DNA from: Amphiscolops sp. MND2022 | Taxonomy: Eukaryota | Direction: 5' to 3' | NCBI GenBank assembly: GCA_964187785.1 | Contig: OZ076409.1 | Location: forward strand, 4,342,001-4,406,000 | DNA: 64,000 bases | Shown here: positions 25,619-37,540 of the stretch, piece after piece | How the letters are laid out: each line of letters begins with the position of its first letter | Numbering within the stretch: the stretch's first letter is position 1 | Position numbers and translations under genes: made by a program | Notes under the pieces: model-generated | Told to the model about the DNA's origin: nothing | Seen by the model: only the letters and a program-made list of their open reading frames with translations | The model's database searches: none

Positions 25619-26267
25619 CTAGTATCTGTAGTCTTCTGAGTAGTTTGGGTTGGGGTTAGGCCTGAGATTATATTTCCCTCCTCGAGGGCTCAGACTTTCA
25701 TTTCTAGCATCGTTTTCAGATATTTCGGGCACGATAATTTCATCCCCCCTTTTTGGAGAATTTTGTGCGTCGTTTTCATTCGTCAAATTTCTTTCTGAGA
25801 GAATTTCATCATTTTTTGGTCTTTCATCCGTATTCGGCAAAGTTTTTTCTTGATTTTTCGGGTGAACGGCCGGATTCGGCCAATCAGATTTGTCATTGCT
25901 AGCCGCTTCACTAGCTTCATTCCTTTTTGTGACGTCATGATTTAATCTTTCATTCCGGCTCCGCGCCGCGTGGTCAGCGTAACTTGTTTCGTCACTCGTA
26001 ATTATGTAATCCGCTTCGTTCTCGGCTACGTCATTTGTATTCGCTTCTGGCGCATTCGGCTGTTCGCCATTCGGCTTGCTGGTCGGAATAGTCTCGTTGC
26101 CTCGTGTAACTAGCTGCTCGCCAAAGTCGGTTTCCCACGTTATGACGTATAATTCAACTTGCCCGAATGGGACCTTGGACCTGAAGACGCCATGCAAATC
26201 GACCTATTGCCGAACCTTCCCCCAAGCGGAGGATATGAAAATGTCCCAACGGCAATTGATGTATTCT
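25619..26267 (-). pseudogene. C-terminal tail of pol (post-integrase)
   Basis: Low-complexity tail ending RGGKYNLRPNPNPNYSEDYRY* (YNLR motif common at gypsy pol ends), fused by deletion directly to gag; no PR, RT, RH or IN core. Confidence 0.65.
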
Positions 26268-27214
26268 CTAGATATTTGTTCTCAATAAATAGTGGAAGTG
26301 ATTGATCTTCATTTGCTCAGTCACTTCTGGCTGCATCTTGATTATAGTGTGAAATAGGTCTTCGAACAGCTCGAATTTCTCACTTTTGCCATCGAATGTC
26401 ATGGTATTTGAGTTGACTGGGCGTATGGTGAGATGTTGGGCTGTCGGTCTATTCTGCATTGTAGTCAAGACGTCTGCCAGTCGAGTGACAGGGTCGGAGT
26501 CAGGAGCCGTAGCGATTCTCTCTTGTGCTGGGATCGTCGTGTCGAGGTTGATGTCCTCAAAGGACCTTTCGAGATGATTTCTGGATGCGATTCGTCCTGT
26601 GAGAATCTCAGGAACTTGATTTGGAGATTCGTTGTCTCCTGTCACCATGTCATGAACATTACGGTTCGTTTTGTCACCATGTTCACTATTAAAGGTAGTT
26701 TTAGCTTTCGCGTTGTGCTGAACTTCGGAAAACCCTTCCGGTCTCTCATCAGATCTCTCCCATCCCCTTCTAGTCTCCTGTCCTGAACCGGCCATTATAA
26801 CGTTTTGAATCAGGGGCAAAACCTGGTTATTGATGGCGTCACTTATGGCTCTCTGGATCTGAGAACTAACACTGTTCATCATCTCATCCATCTCTCTAGA
26901 TATTCTGGAGTTTAATTCACACGATAACTTATTGATCTCAGCTTGGGAATCTATGCTTGCTGAATTTTGGTCGTAACCGGCACTTGTCCCAACTCCGAGA
27001 TTTCTATGATCAGAATAGCGATTCATTTCCTCATTTTCAAGTTTTTACTTGTAATACTTTCTTGCCTCCTAATGGAAGTCCTATCGAGACTTTCGTCTCT
27101 TCTCGTATCATTGAAGTGATTGTCACCCAAAATTATGTCAAGGTTTTCAATGTCGGAGAGAATTTCTAATCCTCTAGATTTCCTTGCTTTCTTTTGTTTT
27201 CTTGTAGTAGGCAC
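26268..27214 (-). pseudogene. gag-like ORF, N-terminal part (frameshift ~27040, truncated by deletion)
   Basis: PTTRKQKKARK..., coiled-coil segment, then TFDGKSEKFELFEDLFHTIIKMQPEVTEQMKINHFH (gag capsid N-terminal FxG pattern). Confidence 0.75.
26630..26647 (-). promoter_or_regulatory. Primer-binding site
   Basis: TGGTGACAGGAGACAACG immediately after the LTR terminal CA; homology between the two LTRs ends exactly here. Cognate tRNA not determined. Confidence 0.7.
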
Positions 27215-28399
27215 TAAGACTGGACCGGGTTGAATACTTGAATTATCCTTTCCGGAAATTAACAGTGAAACCGTTTGTATTATGAACGTTTTCATCAAAA
27301 GGAGAGAAGTACAAAGTATGAGACTTCCTGCAGGGGTATGGGTATTTATACCCCTGAAAGGATGACACACACATTTTTTACATACTTTGATCAAGACAAA
27401 TCATAGGATTTTACAATCATCATAGGGAAATCCCCGACAACTACATATTTCCGGGGGACATTTAAGGAATGGTATTCAGAGTCATCATTTTAAGTAGCAA
27501 CTTCAAACAATTTATCGGTTAGACCTACTTCAAGTGTGATGTAAACAAATATCACAACTTGCATATTTTATAGTAATGTAAAATGAAGGCACGTGCCGGC
27601 ACAAGTTTACTGCAAATTAAGCTGAAAACGGAATGTATTACTATGTGTGGAATTCTAATACTGCATTGATATTCGCGAAAATACACTCGCATATTAGAGC
27701 CGGAATAGGCCCAAATCCATAACATGTACTGCGCATATGAAGGACATGGTAAAAAGGCCTCAACTGTCCCTTTATCCAAGTTGGGAGTATACAAACATCA
27801 AAACATCACAAACGTATTTATTTAGACTAAAAACATGATTCTAATAGCTCCGCGTAAGTATTGATCCAATTAGGCAACAAAGGTATTATTATGCTTGAAT
27901 TGGCCGAAACCGTCCATTTGACTGAGGAATTGATATAAATTAGCACCGCTTAGCCAATTGACCATATCCGGCCATCAAAAATAAAGCACTCATAATTAGC
28001 AAAAGGAAAGCTCTGATTGGCTAATAATCGTACTGAAAGTTACATCGCCGAGACGGGACGTTTTTTTACTTGAACACGTTTCCTTCTCGCGATTAACCTG
28101 CTTATTGTACGTTACAGCTTTGATCAATTTCAACACTCTATTTGTAATACAACAAACTTCCTTTTACACATCTCAAATCACAACCTGATTTGGATAGTTC
28201 CAAATCGTAATTTTAACAGACTAATATCACGAACATTTATATAAAAAGCACTTGAATAAACAAAAACGAATGTGATTAACAAATAAATATAAGTTTCAGC
28301 AAGGGAAAGTTTAAAACGTGGGTAGGGTACCTGGGACGATTTCTTGATTCTCCGCCGACGTCGTTATTAATGTGCCATCACAGGCGGCAGCCTGCGACA
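26648..28399 (-). repeat. 5' LTR
   Basis: Direct repeat of 16869-18631, TGTC...GACA termini, followed by the PBS. Confidence 0.92.
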
Positions 28400-28404
28400 G
28401 CTTC

Positions 28405-29132
28405 TGACAGGGAGCCTCGAATTTGCCATTTTCTCTAGGCTCATTGAACATGTTGCAGAAAAGTAAGAAATGTTCCACTGTTTATTCATTAAAACCACAG
28501 GAGCATCTTGAAGAGGGTGGTCACCAAATTTTGTAGAGAAAACCGTTTAACTTGCAGTGGCCTGATATTAGTCTGAAGGTGTCTACTTCGTCTTTCGGAG
28601 AAACTCTGAACTGCATCTGAAATTTGTGGTTGAGTGGAATTAGCGGGGTCTCACATTGATGGGACCAGTGTCTCTGCCAAAGTCCTAATTCAAAAATTTC
28701 GATTTTAGTTTGGTTGTATGTAATTGTGAAGGCTGTCAACGCATTTATGTCAATGTTTCTGTTTGTTCTTGAGTTGAATTTCTATGCGAAAAATCATTTA
28801 AGGATCTTAATGTCGCGTCTAATTTTCGGGTTTGTGTCAGCATTTTCAAGAATGTGTTTTTTCATGTATTTTTTTGTGCTGAGAACTTTCGATAAGAATT
28901 TGATTATCAGTATTTGAATTTGGATGTCTACAGGTTTGACCCCTTTCATAAGTTCCAGATTCCTGACTGATATAGGTAATATATTCTTCGAATGCATGTC
29001 ACTCACTGTTCTCAGAACACATGTCGCAATACCTATTTGTAGACCCCTTGAAATACGTTGGTTTGAGAAAGTTCCCGCTCGCTGAACACTGTGTGAACGA
29101 AAGGTGTCGTATGACCCTCGCAATCGTTTCAA
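28405..29132 (-). pseudogene. Non-LTR retrotransposon ORF2 C-terminal fragment (CCHC zinc knuckle)
   Basis: LWQRHW, RLISGHCKLNGFLYKI, SRCSCG...TVEHFLLFC pattern typical of I/R1/Tad-type LINE C-termini. Confidence 0.7.
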
Positions 29133-29214
29133 TATCGAGCATAAAATTTTTATGTTTATAAGATTTCAATTGTATTCCTGTGCCTTAATGTTATCAAGTA
29201 TAAATAAATCTTAG

Positions 29215-30215
29215 GGGCAATGCGATTTACGACTATATATTTAACGACTTCCTCAGTAACGACTTCCTCAGTAATCAAGCACAAAAATTCAAGTTTTCAG
29301 ACGATAGTTTTCTCATTGTCACTGGCAAAGATCCGCCAGAATTATCTGCCATCTTTCTAAAAACTTCTGGCATCGACAAGTGGTGTGCAGATTGGAGGAT
29401 GTTAGTGAGCGGAGGAAAAACTGAATTAATCCTTTTCAATTGCGAAGAGAAGGACTTCGGACTCCCGTCCCTCAATGGTGATATAATTCAAGTTTTTTAA
29501 AAAAACAAAGTCTCTCGGAGTAATTATCGATAGCAAACTCAACTACAGGGATCAATCTACTAAAACATCAGAGAGAGAGAGAGCAAAGCGAAATTGGAAA
29601 ACCATCAAGTCGTTATGCAATCGAAAATGGAGCCTTGCAGTTTCAACGCTAGTTCTGTTGTACAAAACCACCATCTTACCGTCACTTTTTTATGCAGCAC
29701 CATTTTGACTTGAGAAAAACTTCAAATACGTCACAGCAGTGCAGAACAATGTCATAAGGACAGTTTTTATACACGGATTTTTGCCGAATATCGACTCATG
29801 TCAGGTACTGTTAGGAACGCTGCCTCTAGATCTTCTGAGTACAGCCATCAACGTCAAATTTCTTTTGAAGCTCAAACTAAGTGACGATTTACCACATTGG
29901 ACCCATGATACATCTTCATCTTTCCCGGACAGTGTTGCTAATATCCTCGAGAGCCATGTTACTCGATTCGGAAAGTTTTTGAGAAATCAAAACTTTACGA
30001 GATATAAGCAAGATGTCAGCCTTTTCATTAACCATCATTGGAACCTCAGGTGGAAAAATACTGATAAGTCTTTTCTGAAATGTTGCACCAAAACCCCACT
30101 AACTGGTAGCACTATATCGCCCATTTCCAACCTCCGAAGGTATGAAGCCATCAAAATATGTGAAATGCTGATCAGCAAATCTTTCGTTTTAACCGATTAC
30201 GCTTGGAAAAACTAG
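29215..30215 (+). pseudogene. Non-LTR retrotransposon RT fragment (degenerate)
   Basis: KFKFSDDSFLI (YADD-like), IDKWCADWRMLVSGGKTELILF, KSLGVIIDSKLNY, LLYKTTILPSLFYAAP, QNNVIRTVF. Confidence 0.75.
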
Positions 30216-30247
30216 AGGAAGAGAAGAGAGAGAAAGACGCTTAATTA

Positions 30248-33200
30248 CTATACCTTATAAAAAAGAAACAACTTATTTGGTACAGTAGGCGTAGTAATTA
30301 AAATGAAGTTAAAATAAAGTAGCACTTTTGAACTATTGGAGAAGTTGGAAGCCGTGCCAAATATGGTTCTTATCTTATAAAAAGTTGGACAATCTTTGTA
30401 AAGTTGTAGCATGTGTTCTTTGATAAGTTTCTTCCATTTTTCTCTCTTGTATTTGATTGTTCTCAGTTCAGTGGGTAAGGAATTCCAACTTCTCACACAG
30501 GTATAAAAGAAGGATCCATGAAGAAACTTACTGGAACCAGGCTCTTTCAATATGAATTTTTTGTTTCTTTCATTAATTCGAAAACTCATTGTTGGGAGTT
30601 TAAGATGATTCTGAAAAGCTGACCTTTCGTTTTTGAGAATCGGATATAATAAGTCAAATGATTTCAAGTCAATTCTTTGTTTCATACTTAAAATTTCTTC
30701 AAATATTCTCAAAGAGGTTGAGCATTTGTTTCTAGATCTGTAGAACACTGTTCTAAGAGCCCAATTCAGTTGTTTCTCTAAAGAAAGTAAAAGAGCACTA
30801 CTGATGTCCGTTAAAAGAAGGTTACAATATTCAAAATGACTTAGGACAAGAGCATGAAGCAGCACTTTCAAACATTTTTTGGGTAGGTTGTTGCGTATTG
30901 TTTGAATTGCTTTTATGCCAAGGGCCATTTTTTTAAGCACACTTTTAACTTGATATTCGAAAGTTAGTTTATTGTCGATGATAATGCCTAAATACTTTAC
31001 TTCATTCTTAAGTTTTATATTGGAACCAGCAACTATAAGTTGACTATTGGATACAGTTATTTTTGGTGTTGAGAAACGTATGAATTCTGTTTTAGAAGCA
31101 TTCAGGGTTAACTGATTTGACCGAAAATAATTTTCTAGTTTTTCAAGACAGATTTGTAAATTCTCAAATGCAATGTCAGGTTTTGGATTCGCTGAGTATA
31201 TCAAACAGTCATCGGCGTATTGGATAATTCTGCACTCTTCCGAGATGTATTTTGTAATATCGTTCATGTAGATGTTAAAAAGTATTGGTCCAAGTACTGT
31301 TCCTTGCGGTACACCTTGATATGTTTCGGTGATATCGGATACCGTATTATTGATGACAACTTGTTGGCTTCTGTGTGATAAAAAGCTAAAAATTAGTTCC
31401 AAAGCATCATCATTGAAGCCTATTAAGTTCAATTTTTCCAACAAAATTTGATGGAATTCCAACAACAACGGAATCGAATGCTTTTGAAAGATCTATACAT
31501 ACTGAATAAATGGTATCGTTTTCGTCAACATGTTTACGGATCGATTCGGTGAAATAAATGAGAGCATCTTGTGTTGATATTTTCTCACGGAAGCCAAATT
31601 GAAGAAGAGACAGAAGTTTATTAGATAATAGGTATTGATCAATTTGTTTATGCAAAAGTTTTTCAAATATTTTTGACAAACTGCTCGTTATTGTAATGGG
31701 TCTGTAGTTCAAAGGGTTTAGTGGTTCATCTTTTTTATATAAAGGTGTAATGAGACCTTTCTTCAAAATTGAGGGAAACTTTTGTTCTTTAATGTATTCA
31801 TTTATATCCATTGGGAGATGTGGTTCAATTTCAGTCATTCCGTCTTTAATAGCCCATGCTGGTATCGAGCATGGTCCTAGGGGTTTATTGATTTTCAACG
31901 ATTTTACTGCATCGAAGACTTCTTTGATGGTGGTTGGTCGGAAACTAAACAATTTAGGTGTAGTTTGGCTTTCGATGTTATTTGGTAATTTTCTTCCGTA
32001 GTAATCACCTAGGTGTAAAAATGTATAGTTCAGTAGGTTCGCAATCTTTTTGTCTTCGGTACTTAAATCTCCGAAAGAATTCATTAGTACCGATATTCGC
32101 GAGTTTTCACTTTTTGTATTGCGTAGGTTGTTGATAAAATTCCATGTTTTTCTGGACGATTTGAAGGTTTCCAATAAGTTCAAGCTGTAATCAGATTGGT
32201 TTTAGCTATTAGTTCCGAAAACTCTGCTCTCAATGTTTTGTTTTTCTCCCAATTTATAGCAGAAGTTTGGCGTTGGTAACGTTTAAGAGTTATTGTTCTT
32301 TTTTGTAGCAGGCATTTACATTCATCGTCGAACCATTCTGATTTAAGGTGTTTTTCTGGTTTTTGAGTACGGATAAAAACTTTCTTTAAAGGAGCGTGCT
32401 GCTTCAAAGCTCCACTTAATAGAGAAATAAAAGTGTACAAAATAGAATCGGCATTACATTGATTATACATTAGGTCCCAATCCAGAGATCTTAAAGTTGC
32501 GCGAAATTCATCCCTATTGAACCTGGATTTATCAAAAATCAATTTTTCTATTGGTTTTCTATCTCTCATCTTCTCACTACTAAAAAGTATTGAAGCGAAA
32601 TGGTCTGTTTTGAAAGGTATGTCAAACACAAATGAGTTTTGAACATTTTCCATTATTATATAATCGATGTGAGTTTCAGAGGTTTTACCTACTATTGTTG
32701 GAATCGTTGGGCAACAAACATTTAGTGCAAAATGATTTAGGACCGAGTCAAGGTGATTTTGTTCAGGTTGATTCAGGTAATCTATGTTATAATCACCCAT
32801 CAAAACAATGTTGGTTGTCTTAAGCATAGCCACTTCAATACTTTTAGATAAATTTTCAAGAAAAAGGCCAGAAAAGGATTTTTGAGGGTTGTACGAAACA
32901 TTTAATAAAACTTTGTTCACATGAGAGGCGACTTGGGGTCGTTTAAGTTCAACCCATAAAGATTCAAACAGTTCCGTATCGCACAAGTTTAGTTCCGGTA
33001 ATTCTTTTGGTTCTAATTTATAAGGGATATATAGGAGAATACCACCGCCTTTGGTTTTATCTACACACTTTCTTTCGTATCTAAAGCATTTATGAGTTTT
33101 AGGTGAAATATCCCATGTTTTTTATTCATCTTTTTCGGTCAACCATGTTTCAGTTATAGCTAGAACTGTGTTTAGGCCAAGATCATTGCTTAAATTTTTT

Positions 33201-33562
33201 AAGCCATTTTGTTACTTTCGAATATCTTGAAAGTTCAGATGTACATATTTCAGGTAATTTTCCTTATTCTGAATGATTCGCAGAGTTTGTGTGTAAGTCA
33301 TGACAGGGCCCGGGTTACGCTCGATATCTGCAGACAACAAAAGTAGAAGAAGCACAAGTTTTAGGATCTCTGGATTTTCATAAAAGAACCCAAATTTATT
33401 TCTTTCATGAATAGAAGATGACCTCAACAAAGAGTAGGTTTCAGCAATATTCAAGGAATTTATGCTAACAGTATTAGCTCTAAGTAGAGCAAAGAGAAAA
33501 AGCAGCATGGTACAGAGAAACCTAAACTGCATGTATGAATATTCATCAGACATCCTCAACAC
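30248..33562 (-). pseudogene. LINE ORF2 (2A-like peptide, APE endonuclease, RT), several frameshifts/stops
   Basis: DIERNPGP; AITETW, GGGIL, MGDYNID, HIDYI, TDH (APE); NYRPIT, QFGFR, IDLSKAFDSV, GVPQGTVLGPILF, YADD, KYLGIIID (RT). Confidence 0.95.
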
Positions 33563-33580
33563 TGAACAAATGGAAAATTA

Positions 33581-34459
33581 TCAGTTGAAGTTTCTCTGAT
33601 AATTGAATGATCTCGGATAATTCCAATAATTTCTCTTTTGAACCAGTTGTTCACGAGGTACATTGTTTGAGTATTTCAAAATATGTGAGAGTAAGGAAAA
33701 CTTTGTCAAAGGCAACCCATATTTATGATTGAAATGTATATTGTCGAAAAAAGGATTGTTTGAATTATTAACAGCACATATTCGTTCGTGTAAATTGATA
33801 ATTTCAATCGCTGGATTATCATGATATTCGTTATTCAATAGATTATTGAAATTTCGAATTTGCTCATTGACAGTTTCATCATTTTTTACCGGTGGAATTT
33901 CGCAAATGAAAATTTTCTGCGGCCTAAATTTCGAAGATAATTTCTCAACTAACAGTTTCTGTTTTTCGAAATGATTTTTCACATTGATACTTCTCTGCTT
34001 TAGCAGGCTATTTGTTCCATCCTGGAGGGTTATCGTCCGCGGTTGTTTGTTTTCGTATGAGTCCAGTATTCCTGCCTTTTCTTCAGTCGTTGATCCTGGA
34101 TAAGCATGGATAGCCACATCACGAGGAAGGTCGTTCTGATTTATTCTACTGATGATGCTCGATCCAATAATAAGGTTTTCCGTTTCTGGATTCAGCAAGT
34201 GAGGTCGAAATGAACGAATTTGTTTTGGTTGTTGTTGATTGTCTTTGATTTCTGTTACATTGTTGGGATTATTCACTTGGTTGGTTTCTTGATTGCGTAA
34301 TATGTCATTCAATTTTTTCTCATGGGTATCCAGCCTCATCGTAACATTTTCAAGTAAATTGTTGAGTTTGACGTTTTGTTGGTAAACTTTCTCGAATAGG
34401 TTGAATTTTTCTTCCGTGTTTAGTTTCTTGAACGTTTCGAAATTGATCATATTCTCCAT
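33581..34459 (-). CDS. LINE ORF1, coiled coil plus SGNH/GDSL esterase-like domain, 292 aa
   Basis: LIIGSSII (block I), AYPG (II), QDGTN (III), DNIHFN (V); intact ORF upstream of ORF2. Confidence 0.85.
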   Translation of the reverse strand: MENMINFETFKKLNTEEKFNLFEKVYQQNVKLNNLLENVTMRLDTHEKKLNDILRNQETNQVNNPNNVTEIKDNQQQPKQIRSFRPHLLNPETENLIIGSSIISRINQNDLPRDVAIHAYPGSTTEEKAGILDSYENKQPRTITLQDGTNSLLKQRSINVKNHFEKQKLLVEKLSSKFRPQKIFICEIPPVKNDETVNEQIRNFNNLLNNEYHDNPAIEIINLHERICAVNNSNNPFFDNIHFNHKYGLPLTKFSLLSHILKYSNNVPREQLVQKRNYWNYPRSFNYQRNFN

Positions 34460-34789
34460 TGTTTAACAGTGTTGAAGGTGTATAATTTAACAGTACATCA
34501 ATAGTTGTTGACAAACAAAATGAGTGATAAAACTTTTGTTGACAAACAAGAAAATGAAAGATCAATAAAAGTAGATAGATTGACAGCTAAATATGGTAAT
34601 AGAGTGAAATAAGAAAGCAATTTTAACCGTCTGCACCCTACGAATTCTTTGTTTCATACTTAAAATTTCTTCAGATATTCTCAAAGAGGTTGAGCATTTG
34701 TTTCTAGATCTGTAGAACACTGTTCTAAGAGCCCAATTCAGTTGTTTCTCTAAAGAAAGTAAAAGAGCACTACTGATGTCCGTTAAAAG

Positions 34790-36104
34790 GGTAAATGGTC
34801 ACTTGGCTTAATGCCATTTGGCTTAAAGTCATTTGGCTTAATACAATTGGTCACTTGGCTTAATTTTTTTAAGCTAAGTGTCTCGGGTATTGGTCACTTG
34901 GCTTAAAGTCATTTGACTTAAAACCACTTAGTTGAAAATACGTGACAGATTTTGTCGAATTTATCTTTCTAACGGAATCAGCGTATTAATATAACATGTC
35001 ATATCAAGTACCCCTCGGATATGTCCCCATTTCCTCTAGTGCCCTGCGGCCCCTTGGGGCCGCTTGTATTCCCATCTTGCTAAGCGAGGTCGAACAGGAG
35101 CAAAGACCTAGCGGGAACGAAGATCGCGAAGCGATCGTAGTGTGAGCTGGTCTTTGCGACGGTGAGGGCGAGCGTGCATACACCGCATATGCCGCACATT
35201 ATGATATTTCCGGGAGTTGACATATTCCTTGAGTTAGAACGGGAGACAGGAATAAGATCGAAAGAATAAGATCGAATGGAATAAGATCGAATGAAATTGA
35301 CATGCTCAAAATTTTCACTTGAATAAGATCGAATCCTGACTTGAATAAGATCGAATTTTCACTTGAATAAGATCGAATCCTGACTTGAATAAGATCGAAT
35401 GTTGGATTGAATAAGATCGAATTTTGACTATTTTTTTAAGGATATCGATATGAATTTTCAAAAAATTGAAGGTTTGAGAAAGGGCTCAGTAAATTATGTC
35501 TATGAAGGCTATCTCTTTATCAAAAACAAAGCGGATAAAGAAACTACATATCTACGCTGTTATCAAAACAAACGCTTTATCAAAACAAACAAAAAGGTAA
35601 ATTCAATCCATATGGACTTTCTGAAAGCGAAAATATCAATGTGGGGCATATGCGATGTATGCACGCTCGCCCTCACCGTCGCAAAGACCAGCTCCCACTA
35701 CGATCGCTTCGCGATCTCCGTTCCCGCTAGGTCTTTGCTCCTGTTCGACCTCGCTTAGCAAGATGGGAACATAAGCGGCCCCAAGGGGCCGCGGGGCACT
35801 AGACGAAATGGGGACATATCCGAGGCACGATATATGTAATATATTTTTTTTCCGTAATTTTTCGATCTTATTCCATTCGATCTTATTCCATTCGATCTTA
35901 GGCGATGAACGATTTCATTCGATCTTATTCCGTTCGATCTTATTCCATTTTCGTATTTTCGATCTTATTCTTTCGATCTTATTCCGTTCTCCTAGTTAGA
36001 ACGGAGTTGGCTTAATTTTGTGGTCACTTGGCTTAAAAATTTTAAGACAAATGACTCGACGAAAAAATTAAGCCAAATGGTATTAAGCCAAGTGACTGGT
36101 AACC
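34790..36104. mobile_element. MITE with ~37-bp imperfect TIR and 8-bp TSD
   Basis: GGTAAATGGTCACTTGGCTTAATGCCATTTGGCTTAA / TTAAGCCAAATGGTATTAAGCCAAGTGACTGGTAACC; TSD GTTAAAAG at 34782-34789 and 36105-36112. Confidence 0.9.
35241..35993. mobile_element. Non-autonomous Mutator-like element (foldback type) with FLYWCH-like fragment
   Basis: Inverted arrays of GAATAAGATCGAA; 9-bp TSD AGTTAGAAC at 35232-35240 and 35994-36002; ORF 35450 RKGSVNYVYEGYLFIKNK...YLRC resembles a MULE FLYWCH N-terminus. Confidence 0.85.
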
Positions 36105-36523
36105 GTTAAAAGAAGGTTACAATATTCAAAATGACTTAGGACAAGAGCATGAAGCAGCACTTTTAAACATTTTTTGGGTAGGTTGTTGCGTATTGTTTGA
36201 ATTGCTTTTTTGCCAAGGGCCATTTTTTTAAGCACACTTTTAACTTGATATTCGAAAGTTAGTTTATTGTCGATGATAATGCCTAAGGCGGGCGGAATCT
36301 CCGATGTGTAGTTGTGGCAAGAGTGAAGAGACTGCAGAACATTTCTTTCTGGCATGTGGTCTATACCAAGACCTCATATCTGAAGACATTGACTCAATGA
36401 ATCTCCTAGACCCTGAAGAATGCAGTACCATTGTCGACTACATCTCAATCTCTCATCAATAAATCCTAACTTAACTTTATCCAACTCTCAATGCTCTCTT
36501 TGTACTATTTGTACGTTGAACAC

Positions 36524-36924
36524 GGTAGGGTAATTTTGGATCAAATTTTTGTGTGAGCGAAAAGCGAGATCGAATTGTTCCGTTTTTGCAAGGTTTTTGC
36601 TCCTGTAAAGCGGTTGAAATATTTTAGGTACTTTCCCCACCTCATACGGGATCATATACGGTTTATGCACGCTCGTCCTCACCGTTCTCGCTAGGTCTTC
36701 GCTCCTGTTCGACCTCGCTTAGCAAGATGGGAAAATAAGCGGCCCCAAGGGGCCGCGGGGCATTAGAGGAAATGGGGGCACATCCGACGGCCAAAAACAT
36801 TGTTATTTGAAAATTTAAGTGTTTGAAACCTTGATTCGATCTCATTATCGTTGACCTTTTTACTTCGATTTCAGTGACAGTAAGCATATTCGCGCAAATT
36901 CATTCGATTCAAACGCCCACTGCC
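36524..36924. mobile_element. MITE, MULE-like
   Basis: GG..CC ends, imperfect TIR, flanks GTTGAACAC / GTTGAACGC (9 bp, 1 mismatch); homologous to 15178-15862. Confidence 0.75.
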
Positions 36925-37540
36925 GTTGAACGCCCTCCCGCAGTATATATTACCTTTGGTTTACCCTAAAGTTCATTATTGTAACTGCGGCTCTGCTAAA
37001 TTAAAGTGCTGAATTTCTTTCATGCAGACCTCGGTGCCATCTCCCCCTAACTTGGCAATGCACTTGATGGCGATTTTGCACACGCTTGATGACAATGATC
37101 TATGTTATCTGAGAGAGGAAAAGAAACAAAAAATCGCCGAAACTGAAAAGACATTGACATGTTGGATTAGATGAATATTGGGTACATGAAATCTTCAACA
37201 TCGAGCTCCTCATGAGAAGTAAACTCATGACGTGGCTGATCACCAGAAGCCGTGGCCGACAGATCAGAAATGAAACTGTGAATATGTAAATATACTCATT
37301 GTAAAACGATGGAAAATATATATTTCACTGTCATAAGAAAGCATACTCGTTTCAGTGAAGCAAATGGAATGGCTCCAAAATTATCTTCAAGACTTCAATT
37401 GGAAGCGTCGTCACTCAGGCGAATCAAGATTTCGCAGCAAGCCTTATCTCAAATCATTGGGGTTCAAATCATATCCCTTGTTTTTTATTCCCGTGCTCTC
37501 AATAATATGGTAGCTGTGACAAAATGATTTTCGATCAGAT

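Larger units (their letters stand above)
16869..28399 (-). mobile_element. Non-autonomous Ty3/gypsy-like LTR retrotransposon with two LTRs and accessory genes
   Basis: Two near-identical ~1.75-kb direct repeats with TGTC...GACA ends; 5-bp TSD GCTTC at 16864-16868 and 28400-28404; PBS TGGTGACAGG next to the 5' LTR; gag-like and pol-tail ORFs. Confidence 0.9.
30240..34630 (-). mobile_element. Near full-length L2/CR1-group LINE
   Basis: ORF1 with coiled coil and SGNH esterase, then ORF2 with 2A-like motif, APE and RT, in canonical order. Confidence 0.9.
34643..36286 (-). mobile_element. Second short fragment of the same L2/CR1 RT region, split by nested MITEs
   Basis: 34643-34789 and 36105-36286 match 30671-30991 almost exactly. 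Confidence 0.9.
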
